Assembly (NCBI GenBank): GCA_965200315.1
Contig: OZ241362.1
Location: 1,088,001 to 1,152,000 of the forward strand
Origin: Candidatus Latescibacterota bacterium
GTDB lineage: Bacteria; Latescibacterota; UBA2968; UBA8231
Direction of reading: 5' to 3'
Length of the DNA: 64,000 bases
This document shows positions 45,181 through 54,396 of the stretch, piece after piece. A program made the position numbers and the translations under genes. Each line of letters opens with the position of its first letter. Positions within the stretch are counted from its first letter, which is position 1. Under the pieces are notes generated by a model, which was given only the letters and a program-made list of their open reading frames with translations, did no database searches and was not told where the DNA came from.

Positions 45181-46704
45181 CTAGTCCGCTTCGCGCTCTG
45201 CCGGGCTGACGTCTTCTTTGGCCGTCAACCAACGCATGACCTCTCCCAGCCGCGGCGGCTTACCCGTCATCAAGATGCCGATGCGGAAGACCTTGCTCGC
45301 CCCCTGTACCGCAAAGTAGATAGACAAAAGAAGCAGCACCGTAGTGGTCAAATACTCCCACAGCGGCGGCGAGCCAGCGGCCCGATTCATCATGACAAAA
45401 GGGGTGAAGGGCGGGATGTAGGACATAATCCGCGCCAAGGTGCCGTTGGGGTCTTGGGTTATGGGGACCATCATAAGCAACGGCACGATCAGCGGTACGA
45501 GGAGCGGCAACATCAGGCTCTGCGCGTCTTTTAAGCTATTGCACAGCGAGCCGGCTCCCACCAGCAAGCAGGCGTACAACAGGAATCCAGCCAAAAAGTA
45601 AAAGACAAAGGACCACAAATACAGCGGAGTGCTAGCAATGCCGACAATGGAAGCCACCTCGTCCCCCACTGCGACCGGCGCGACCACTACCCCCACCACA
45701 ACGCACACGACCCAAGTAAAGACCAAAGTCAGCCCAACCGCGGCCGTACCGGCGATTTTGCCAGTCATCAACTCAAAGGGCGAGAGCGCGGACAGCAGCA
45801 CTTCGATAAGGCGCGACGATTTCTCCTCCACCGTATTGGTCATAAGCGTCTGCGCGTTGATAAATATCGCCATCCACAATAGATAAACGAACGGTACTAC
45901 AGCCCACTGTTGGACCCTATCGGCTGTGGAAACCTCGGCCTCGCCGCCGCGCTTATCGACCTTGCGTTCCGCAAAATGCAGTGGGGTCTGCAACCAGTCG
46001 CTCGTTTCTGCGTCGAGGCCCGCCTGTTCAATGCGCCGCGCCCGCACCACTTGGAATACCTGGTCTGCAAACCAATGGCGCAAGTCCTGGTCGGTCCGGT
46101 TCAAAGAGATGTATTTGCACCCCTCGTCGCTGGCGACGGGATCTGGGGAGATGACGAAGTAAGCAAAGAGCGAGCCGTCGTTCACCATGCGATTGAGCGC
46201 GGCTGGCTCATCGTCGCCGCTGGGCACCTCCACCCGGACATAGCGGCTGCGCGAGAGTTCCAAGTCGAGTCCCTCCAACTCTTCAGCCGACACCTGCTGC
46301 CACCACTCGACGAGGCCAGCCGCGACCTCATCTCCGCCTGCAGCGAGGTCTTGGACCAGCGCCGGCCGCTCCGCTTCCGCCAAGCTCACATAGACCTCCG
46401 CGGCGGCCCGGACCGCACCCGGCAAGCGCTCCCAAGCCCGACCACCAGCGCGATAGCGCTCGGCCGCATCCCGCAGCACTATGCCCAGATCTTCGGCCAA
46501 AATGCCCTTTTCCACCTCCTCTTGCACAAAACCCGAATGGTCGATCACCGCATAGGTACGCGCCTGTTTGGTCTCGCTCAATAGAATGGGCACCACAACG
46601 CTCAACGCGAGGATGAGCGGGAAGGCCAAGACTCCAATCCAAAACCCCTTGGTGCGGACATGCTCCATGTATTCGCGGTGTGCAACCAAAGCAATTTTAC
46701 GCAT
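45181..46704 (-). CDS. ABC-2 transporter permease (NatB/YhaP-like)
   Basis: REY..VRTKGF, EEKSSRLIEVLLS..ELMTGKI and IPPFTPFVM. Confidence 0.92.
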   Translation of the reverse strand: MRKIALVAHREYMEHVRTKGFWIGVLAFPLILALSVVVPILLSETKQARTYAVIDHSGFVQEEVEKGILAEDLGIVLRDAAERYRAGGRAWERLPGAVRAAAEVYVSLAEAERPALVQDLAAGGDEVAAGLVEWWQQVSAEELEGLDLELSRSRYVRVEVPSGDDEPAALNRMVNDGSLFAYFVISPDPVASDEGCKYISLNRTDQDLRHWFADQVFQVVRARRIEQAGLDAETSDWLQTPLHFAERKVDKRGGEAEVSTADRVQQWAVVPFVYLLWMAIFINAQTLMTNTVEEKSSRLIEVLLSALSPFELMTGKIAGTAAVGLTLVFTWVVCVVVGVVVAPVAVGDEVASIVGIASTPLYLWSFVFYFLAGFLLYACLLVGAGSLCNSLKDAQSLMLPLLVPLIVPLLMMVPITQDPNGTLARIMSYIPPFTPFVMMNRAAGSPPLWEYLTTTVLLLLSIYFAVQGASKVFRIGILMTGKPPRLGEVMRWLTAKEDVSPAEREAD

Positions 46705-47608
46705 CGTTGGCCTCCCCTATGGCGCGGATGAAGATCTCGTGCAAAGAGGCCGTGCGCAGGGCAAAGCCCCGTATCTGCACCTTGGGGACGAGCGCGGCCA
46801 ACAGTGCCTGCGAGTCCGCGTCCTTGGCCAGAAAAAGCTCGGCCCGCTTGCCCGAGTCGTTGACCCGGACAACGCCCGGCAGACCGCGCAGCAGACGCCC
46901 GTCGCCATCGTAGTCGAGCACTGCGGCTCGCCCCCCGCTGGCGAGCACTTGGCCCAACGCGCCATCGACGACCTTCTGACCCTTGTTGATCAGCGCGACA
47001 AAGTCGCATAGCTGCTCGGCCTGCTCCATCAGGTGGGTCGAAAAAATCACGGTCTTGCCGTCGCGGGGCATCTGCAAGATGACGTCCCGCATCAGATCGC
47101 GGTTGACCGGGTCCAGCCCGGAAAAAGGCTCGTCGAGAATGACTAGCTCAGGCTCGTGGATCAGCGCTGCGAGCAATTGTACCTTTTGCTCCATGCCCTT
47201 GGAAAGCACCTCGCAGCGTCGGTCTTGATAGTCGCCGAGGCCATAGCGCTGCAACAACTCGGCGGCCCGCTGCTGCGCCACATCCGCGGCAACCCCCTTG
47301 AGCCGGGCAAAATAAATCATCAACTCGGCGACCTTCATCTTCTTGTACAAACCCTTTTCCTCGGGCAGGTAACCGAGTTGGTCCTTGACCGCAAGGGCCT
47401 GTTGCCCGTCGAGCAGGCCGATGCGCCCGGAGTCGGCGAAGAAAATGCTCATCATCATGCGGATGAGGGTCGTCTTGCCCGCGCCATTGGGACCCAACAG
47501 GCCGTAGATACACCCGGCGGGCACGCGCAGCGACACCCCGCGCACGGCCTCGACCGTGCCGAAACGCTTCCACACATCTTCGAGCTGTACTGCCGTTGAA
47601 AAAGCCAT
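46697..47608 (-). CDS. ABC transporter ATP-binding protein
   Basis: GPNGAGKTT, LSKGMEQK and ILDEPFSGLDP. Confidence 0.95.
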   Translation of the reverse strand: MAFSTAVQLEDVWKRFGTVEAVRGVSLRVPAGCIYGLLGPNGAGKTTLIRMMMSIFFADSGRIGLLDGQQALAVKDQLGYLPEEKGLYKKMKVAELMIYFARLKGVAADVAQQRAAELLQRYGLGDYQDRRCEVLSKGMEQKVQLLAALIHEPELVILDEPFSGLDPVNRDLMRDVILQMPRDGKTVIFSTHLMEQAEQLCDFVALINKGQKVVDGALGQVLASGGRAAVLDYDGDGRLLRGLPGVVRVNDSGKRAELFLAKDADSQALLAALVPKVQIRGFALRTASLHEIFIRAIGEANDA

Positions 47609-47725
47609 GCCTTTTGCGCTCCTTTCTCATGGGTTCGGGTTGGCAAGAAAAATCTATATGTATTGTTTTACCGTTCAAAGCCTATCTCTGCGATAGCCCA
47701 AACCGCATCTTATAGGAGGTTTCTC

Positions 47726-48814
47726 ATGCCCAAGCTCTTCGGCCGCAACTTCACCCGCCGCCAGCTTCTCAGTCGCGTCGGCGACATCAGCCAACTCATA
47801 TACGCCCGCCGCGCCGAGCGCCGCGAAGGATTCGAGCGCGGGGCCGACCTCATCGACGTGTTCAACGCTTCGGGCTTGGGGTTTTCCGTGTTACCCGGCC
47901 GCGCCCTCGACATTGCCTCGGCCCACTACAAGGGCCAGTCGCTGTGCTTCCGCTCCGGCCCCGGCGACGTCGGACCGGCCTTCTACGAGCCAGAGGGCTT
48001 CAAATGGGGGCGCGGCTGGTTCGGCGGGCTAGTCACCTCGTGCGGCCTCGATTTTGTCGGCCACCCAGAAGTCGATCCCGAAGAAGAAAACGCCGAAATG
48101 CCGCTGCACGGCCGCCTCTCGTACATACCGGCGAAGAACGTCGGCATTGAGGCCGGCTGGGAGGGCGCCGATTACGTCGTGCGCATCCGCGGCCAAATGC
48201 GCCAAGCCGAGGTCTTTGCCGAGAATTTAGAGCTGTCGCGCGAAATTTCGACCGTGCTCGGCGAGCGGAGTATCCGCATCCGAGACCGCATCGAAAACCT
48301 CGCGGCCGACCGCTCGCCGCTCATGTTCGTGTATCACTGCAACCCCGGCTTCCCCCTCCTCGACGAAGGAACGCGCCTCGTCCTCCACAGCCGCGAGAGC
48401 ACCGAGTGGACCGAGGACCGCCCCGTCGGTCCCGAGGCCTACACCGTGGCCAAAGGGCCGCAACCGCGCCCCCACGACGATGTGTACGTGCATCGGCCCC
48501 GCACCGACCGCCAAGGGCGCGTCCACATCGGCCTGCTCAACGAAAAGCTCGGCTTGGGATTGTATTGGCAGTTCAAGCACAGCGAGATCCCCATCGTCAA
48601 CCATTGGCAGCACTTCCACAAGGGCACTTACGTCACCGGCATTGAGCCGGGCAACTGCTCGGTGCTCGGCCGCGCTTGGAACCGCAAGCACGGGACCTTG
48701 CAGTACATCGAGCCGGGCGAGGTGCGCGAGTTCAACATGGAAATCGGTGTGCTAGACGGGGCGGACGAGATGCGCGAGTTTGAGCGGAAGGTCGAGCGAG
48801 GATTGGCCAAGTAG
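47726..48814 (+). CDS. Aldose-1-epimerase-like DUF4432 family protein
   Basis: RALDI, GGLVTSCG, PLHGR, YHCNPGFPL and YVTGIEPG. Confidence 0.85.
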   Translation: MPKLFGRNFTRRQLLSRVGDISQLIYARRAERREGFERGADLIDVFNASGLGFSVLPGRALDIASAHYKGQSLCFRSGPGDVGPAFYEPEGFKWGRGWFGGLVTSCGLDFVGHPEVDPEEENAEMPLHGRLSYIPAKNVGIEAGWEGADYVVRIRGQMRQAEVFAENLELSREISTVLGERSIRIRDRIENLAADRSPLMFVYHCNPGFPLLDEGTRLVLHSRESTEWTEDRPVGPEAYTVAKGPQPRPHDDVYVHRPRTDRQGRVHIGLLNEKLGLGLYWQFKHSEIPIVNHWQHFHKGTYVTGIEPGNCSVLGRAWNRKHGTLQYIEPGEVREFNMEIGVLDGADEMREFERKVERGLAK

Positions 48815-48940
48815 GGAGCCAGGGATTTCGTCCCGTATGCCGACCACTGGGTGCCCTGAGCAACGCAGGGCTAGCGGCCGCGCTAGCCTGAGGGAGCATA
48901 CCTTTATCGGGGACCATCCCAAAACAAAAGGCGAGTGACC

Positions 48941-50826
48941 ATGGCAGGCTCCCTAGAGGCACGCGAATTGACCCAAACCCCACCTAAGTGGGCCCTGCTT
49001 CAGCGCCAGCTATTCGACGCGATCGAGTACGCCGCTCCGCAGGCACTCGAGAGATACACCCATCGAGATGGACGCCTGCTCTGGCCTCCCAGCTCCGACT
49101 TCGAGAGCATCGATGCGCTCGACGACTGCTACGAAAGCTTCCACAACTGGCCACTCTTCTACCTTCTTGGCGGTAGCGACCAGTTCTTAGCCGACGCCCA
49201 GCGGGAGTTCGACGTCATCAATGAGCAGATGAGCCAGCACGGCACGGGACACGGTTACCCCATGGTGGTGCGGGAGTACCAGCCGGGCTACGACTGGTTC
49301 CATCAGGGCGAGGGCAACTACCTGTTCTACATGCTCTGCATGGCCGATCCGACCAACAGAGCCAACATCGAGCGCGCCCGGCGCTTCGCCGGGCTGTTCC
49401 TCGGCGAGGATCCAGCGGTGCCCAACTACGACCCGGAACACCGGATCATCCGCTGCGCGAGAAACGGCAGCAAGGGGCCGGCCTACTGGGCCTTTGAGGA
49501 AGGTCCGCATTGGCCCTATGAGGGGTACAACCTGCCCTTCTACGACGTGCCGGGATGCACCAATCACGAGGCGGTGCGAGGCCGTCCCGAGTTGGCCGAG
49601 CGGCTGGGCCTAGCCATGCGCGATCGCATGGGCCGCGGCGACGCCGTGGTCAACCTCTTGGCGACCACTTTGGCGGCCAACGCCTACCTGCTGACGGCGG
49701 ATGAGAAATACCGCGACTGGGTCTTGGAATACACCGAGGCCTGGATGGAGCGCACCGACGCCAACGGCGGCATCGTACCCGACAACGTCGGCCTCTCCGG
49801 TGTCGTGGGCGAACACACCAACGGCAAGTGGTATGGGTCGAGCTACGGCTGGGCTTGGCCCCACGGTTGGCACAGCGTGGGGCAGGCCGTGGGGGTTGCA
49901 GCCCAAAACTGCGCCCTGTTGACGCGCCGACTTGAATACATGGACTTTCCGCGGTCGCAAATCGACGTCCTCATTTCCCGCGGGATTGAGCGCGACGATC
50001 AGCTCTACGTACCCCACAAGTACGATGATTCCGGCGAGTCGACTACGAGCCGGGCGAGTGGATGTGGTACCCGATCCGCAAGGAGGACGGCACGGCCCTA
50101 CAGCAGGACGGCTGGTTCGAGTTCATGCCCATGTACCCGTCCGACATCGCCCATCTGTGGTGCATGTCGATGGCCCGGTCCGATTCGCGGCGCTTCGAGC
50201 AGACCCGCAAGCGATCGGGGGATCCGTTCGCCGTCAACTCGTGGCACCACACCAAGGATCAGGGCGGGCACGACTGGGGCTGGATGGCCTACCTGCACGG
50301 CGAGTTCCCCGAGTATCCAGAGCGGATCCTCGAACACAATCTGGCCCAAGTGCGGGCGCGCCTCGACTTCATGGCGCAGGACGAGCAAGACCCGGCGACC
50401 TACGGCGACGCCTATTTCCAGCAGCGAAATCCCGTTACCTGCGAAGGCCTAGTGCAGCTCACCATGGGGGCCCCTCTCCCTCATTACAACGGGGGCCTGC
50501 TAGTCGCGAGCCTGCGCCACTTCGACGCCCAGCGCCGTCGTCCGGGGCTTCCGCCCGATGTGGCCGCGCTGGTGTCGGGGCTGAGCGACGACCGGGCCGA
50601 ACTGACCGTGGTGAACGCAAGCCCCACGGAGCGCCGGGAGGTGCTGATCCAAGCAGGGGGCATGGGGGAACACGAGTTCACCGAGGTCGAGGTCGGCGGG
50701 GCGTCCCAGCGCGTTTCGGTGAGCGGCAAGACGCTCGCGCTGGCTCTGCCGCCGCGCACTCAGGCCCGACTCGTGCTGGGCATGAAGCGCTTCATCCACG
50801 AGCCGAGTCTGGCCCCGCCGTGGTGA
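48941..50826 (+). pseudogene. Large conserved hypothetical (probable alpha/alpha-barrel enzyme) split by a 1-nt frameshift near 50038
   Basis: ORF 48941 reads DDCYESFHNWPL, YDWFHQGEG...VPHKYDDSGE; adding one base gives VDYEPGEWMWY, joining ORF 50062-50826 (NPVTCEGLVQL, RRPGLPPDVAALV). Confidence 0.7.
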
Positions 50827-50837
50827 GAGTCGAAGCA

Positions 50838-51560
50838 CTATAGTTCGGACGCCCATTCCTCATACGCCCGCCGCACCGCTTCCCGATCGCCGAACGGCCG
50901 GTACAGGAGCCGCGCCCGGTAGCGGTAGGTCCGGCCGATCTCCGGGGCGCGGATGACGTACTGCCAGTCCCAAGCCGGGCTGTGTGGGTCCGGCCGGCCG
51001 CGCTCGTCCCGGATGAAGTTCCACAGGGCGAAGCGGATGGGTGCCTCCTGATCGAACATCATCGCATAGACCATCTGGTCGTCCGCGCTCGACAGGTCGC
51101 CGTCGCCATCCGCCAGACCATAGTAGAACGGCAGGAGGAAGCACTTGCGGGGATCTTCGACGATGTTGAGGGTTTCGGCCCCTTCTTCGTACGGGAGGGG
51201 ATCGACCGAGGCGTGGGCGACGGTGCCGGTCTCAAAGTGGCCGTCCGCAAGGTCTTCACCGAAGCGGACCCAGCCTTCCTCCCCTTCGCAGGTCCCGTAG
51301 AAATGGATCGCCCGGCCGCCGGTGCGGTTCATGTAGGAGGCCCACATGAAGACGACGTACCCGAGCGGGGCGCATCGTTCGTCGGTCAGGCGGGCGGTGA
51401 ACTCCATATCGACGCAGTCTGGCCCGAAGCAATAGCGCATCGCGCTCTCGATCCCCCAAGAGGAGTCCGCGGCCGGGTGGCAGACCGACGCTTCGCCGGG
51501 CGCATGGGAGAGGAGGAAGCCCCTGAAGGAGCCGCCACTCAGTTCGATGGTCGCGGCCAT
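50838..51560 (-). CDS. Hypothetical beta-sandwich protein
   Basis: WASYM, PFYYG, MMFD and PAWDWQYVI; RBS gaggg; possibly N-terminally shortened. Confidence 0.65.
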   Translation of the reverse strand: MAATIELSGGSFRGFLLSHAPGEASVCHPAADSSWGIESAMRYCFGPDCVDMEFTARLTDERCAPLGYVVFMWASYMNRTGGRAIHFYGTCEGEEGWVRFGEDLADGHFETGTVAHASVDPLPYEEGAETLNIVEDPRKCFLLPFYYGLADGDGDLSSADDQMVYAMMFDQEAPIRFALWNFIRDERGRPDPHSPAWDWQYVIRAPEIGRTYRYRARLLYRPFGDREAVRRAYEEWASEL

Positions 51561-51585
51561 GCCGCTGTCTCCCTCATCTCAAACC

Positions 51586-51797
51586 TCATCGGTGCGCTCC
51601 ATCTGTATGGCCCTCAGCACCGCGCCCCTTCCGGGCCCGGAGGCCGGCCCATATCCAACAGGCACCCAAGGTCGCGAAGAACGCGAGCAACGGAAAGAGA
51701 GGGGCTCGGTAGCGGGCCGTCGGGAAGAAGGCGACTACCGAGAGGCAATACACGCCGACGAAGGCGGTGAAGAGAACGAGCTCCGGCCGCCGCCCGG
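51586..51797 (-). pseudogene. C-terminal fragment of a GT-C/ArnT-like membrane glycosyltransferase
   Basis: Minus frame ...LFTAFVGVYCLSVVAFFPTARYRAPLFPLLAFFA...*; no start codon. Confidence 0.55.
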
Positions 51798-51807
51798 GCT
51801 CCTATCC

Positions 51808-51913
51808 ATGATGATCTTTATCGGCATCACTCGGATCATCGCCGAAGCCGGGCTGGCGACGCTGCTGACGCCCGTCAACGCCCCTGACTTCATCGTCATG
51901 GGTCTCGGATCAA
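51808..51913 (+). pseudogene. Internal fragment of DUF6785-like membrane protein
   Basis: IFIGITRIIAEAGLATLLTP..APDF...LGS; ends at the tRNA fragment. Confidence 0.45.
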
Positions 51914-51956
51914 TGGTGCCGAAGCGGGGATTCAAACTCCGACGCCCATAGGCACT
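51914..51956 (-). other. tRNA-Leu 3'-half remnant (att-like scar)
   Basis: Minus strand AGTGCCTATGGGCGT CGGAG TTTGAAT CCCCG CTTCGGC ACCA: variable arm, degenerate T-arm, acceptor 3' strand and ACCA; no 5' half. Confidence 0.7.
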
Positions 51957-52035
51957 GAGCGAACCAAGCCGAGCTCCATCTGGTTCCGGTCAACTGCGAG
52001 TTTGCTGGAAGGGCGTCATACACAGGAGAAAACGC

Positions 52036-52980
52036 ATGATTCAGACCTGGCACCGCGACGAAGGCCCCTGCATCTCCCTAGGTCCTGAGGGGGCCTTCGA
52101 CGACATGCACCTCTTCGCCCCCTGCGTCGCCTACGAGGATGGGGTGTACTCGATGTGGTACAGCGGCTCGCGTCACAACGTCAGCGACCGCGACCGCGTG
52201 GACAATCGCGCCTTCACCTTAGGCTTGGCTACTTCCACCGACGGCATCCGCTTTACCAAAGATCCGCGCTCGCCGGTGTGCCGCTTCACGGGCACGCGCT
52301 CGATTTTGACCCCGACCCTCCTCCGCCACCCCGACGGCTCGGCGTGCAGGGAGCAAGGCCGCCTGCGTCTGTGGTTTTCCTCCTGCAACTTCCCCTCCGG
52401 CGACCGGATGCACACCTTGCACGAAACCGCCAGCGACGACGGCATCGAGTGGGATGCGCCATCGGCTCCGCAACTCAAACACGCGTACGCACCGACTCTT
52501 ATCAAAGGAGCCGACCACTACAAACTCTGGTACACCGACGTCCGGGCTTTGCCTTGGAGCATACGTTATGCCCAAAGCACCGACGGGTGCGACTGGCAGG
52601 TCGCGGCCGACCCGGTCCTGACGCTCGACCAATCCTGGGAACACGACCGCCTCGTCTATCCCACGGTTGTCACCATCGGCGGCCAGTACTGGATGTGGTA
52701 CGGCAGCTATAGCCAGCACGGCAGCGAGGAAATGAAAACCGCTATTGGCTGCGCCTACAGCGAAGACGGCTTGCGTTGGCAAAAGGACCCCAACAACCCC
52801 GTTTTCGCTCCCGAGCCGTCGCGCACCTGGGAATCCCACTACACTACCAGCCAATCCATACTGCGCCTTGACGACGGCTCCTTCCGCATCTGGTACGCCT
52901 CGCGCCCGGCCCCTCCTTTCGTACACAAGTATTACGCCATCGGCACCGCCCACTGGAAAGCCCCATTGAGCGGGACCTAA
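52036..52980 (+). CDS. Five-bladed beta-propeller glycoside-hydrolase-like protein (GH32/43/130 clan-like)
   Basis: Repeated Y.MWY.G...GLATSTDGI.F / S.DG..W blades; RBS aggag. Confidence 0.75.
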   Translation: MIQTWHRDEGPCISLGPEGAFDDMHLFAPCVAYEDGVYSMWYSGSRHNVSDRDRVDNRAFTLGLATSTDGIRFTKDPRSPVCRFTGTRSILTPTLLRHPDGSACREQGRLRLWFSSCNFPSGDRMHTLHETASDDGIEWDAPSAPQLKHAYAPTLIKGADHYKLWYTDVRALPWSIRYAQSTDGCDWQVAADPVLTLDQSWEHDRLVYPTVVTIGGQYWMWYGSYSQHGSEEMKTAIGCAYSEDGLRWQKDPNNPVFAPEPSRTWESHYTTSQSILRLDDGSFRIWYASRPAPPFVHKYYAIGTAHWKAPLSGT

Positions 52981-53078
52981 GTATTGTCCTATCTTGCCCC
53001 CACCCCTCTGCTACACGGGCTCTGGCTTGACGGCCCGTCTAAGGCGGCCACACCTCCCCCGGACGGACAGAAAATAGA

Positions 53079-53422
53079 TATAGCAAGCCGACATCATTCC
53101 TATAGCCATCCGACACGACGGGCGCGGCGGGCAGGAGCGCACCCGGTTCGGTCGAGCACCCGGCGCAACCTCCCCGGGATCGAGAGCATCCTGCCCTCGA
53201 AATACGCCACACCCCAAGCGACACGACCAACCCGAAAAGCCGACCGACGGAAGCGGTAAAAGTGCTCCTGATGGCCCCTATAGCAAGCCTACCTGACTTG
53301 CGGCGCTTGCCGCGTTGTGCTCTAATCGACTTAGCGCCGCCGGTGGCTGGTGGTCCGTACGTGCGTCCTTGGGAGGGCCGCCCGCGCACCCAGCATCTCA
53401 CGAGTGATGTAGGATTGCTATA
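53079..53422. mobile_element. Nested IS630-like MITE ends
   Basis: TATAGCAAGCC(G/T)AC at 53079 and 53279 (+); inverted copy TATAGCAATCCTACATCACTCGTGAG ending at 53422; TA termini; no transposase. Confidence 0.5.
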
Positions 53423-53430
53423 GCATGACC

Positions 53431-54255
53431 ATGAGCCGCCTTGTTGTTCTAATCGCTTTTGTTGCGTGTGCCAATCGCGCCAACACCACGCCGGGCAATG
53501 CGACCGACTGTACCACCGAGGAAATCGCCGAACTAGCCGCCCGTGCAGCATCAAGTGCCTATCAAAACCTCAAGGAAGCCGGGGCCGTTGCCGATACCCT
53601 TGCTGATTCCATTGCCATTGCCGTCGTCGATTCGGTCGCCTATGCTGCCTACGACTCGCTCTTTGCCTCTTTGCGCCCCATCTTCGGCCCCGCGGCCGCG
53701 GCGGCTTTCGATCAATATATGGATGCCAAACAGGCTTTCTACTCAGTAGGCACTCCCATTGACGAAACCGCGTTGAGCGGCGCTTTTGCAGTCGGCAAAT
53801 ACCTTTTTAACGCCGCTGGCGTTATGCACCGTCTAACCGCACCGGAAATAGTCATCTGGGGCAACGAGTATTACCCAGCTTGGGCTCGGTTTAACGCGGC
53901 GGGAAAAGAGATAACCGAGCAAGCCGCCGCGGCCGCACACAAGGCCAACTGCGCTTTCTACAACGACGCCATTTTGTCTTTGGATGCCCCAGATGCTTCC
54001 GTTGGATACCGAGCCGCTATCTCGGCCTTCTCTGGTGCATATCTCGAAATGTGTGCCCCAATGCCGTCCTCGCAATTTTTCGGCTTCGCGTACGGACTAG
54101 CTGGCCGCCTAGATCAGGCGGCTCGCTATAACGTGTTTCGGACCGCATTGAATACAAGCTACTACACGAGCAGCATTTATTGGGGCTTGGAGGCCGTCTC
54201 AGAAACAGCCGAACAGGCTGCCCTGATTGCCCTAACCTTGGATTGTAGTCAATAA
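53431..54255 (+). CDS. Hypothetical Ala-rich helical (lipo)protein
   Basis: MSRLVVLIAFVAC lipobox-like; 274 aa; no recognisable family. Confidence 0.65.
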   Translation: MSRLVVLIAFVACANRANTTPGNATDCTTEEIAELAARAASSAYQNLKEAGAVADTLADSIAIAVVDSVAYAAYDSLFASLRPIFGPAAAAAFDQYMDAKQAFYSVGTPIDETALSGAFAVGKYLFNAAGVMHRLTAPEIVIWGNEYYPAWARFNAAGKEITEQAAAAAHKANCAFYNDAILSLDAPDASVGYRAAISAFSGAYLEMCAPMPSSQFFGFAYGLAGRLDQAARYNVFRTALNTSYYTSSIYWGLEAVSETAEQAALIALTLDCSQ

Positions 54256-54287
54256 GACGGTGGTGGGCTAGTTTGAAAATAATTTAT

Positions 54288-54363
<76 letters not shown>

Positions 54364-54396
54364 TCACTCCCAAATTATACGCCATCAGATTACCCT

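Noticed and set aside
51547-51951. 134-aa ORF as a real gene
   Set aside because: A chimera of antisense GT-C fragment, DUF6785-like fragment and tRNA remnant.
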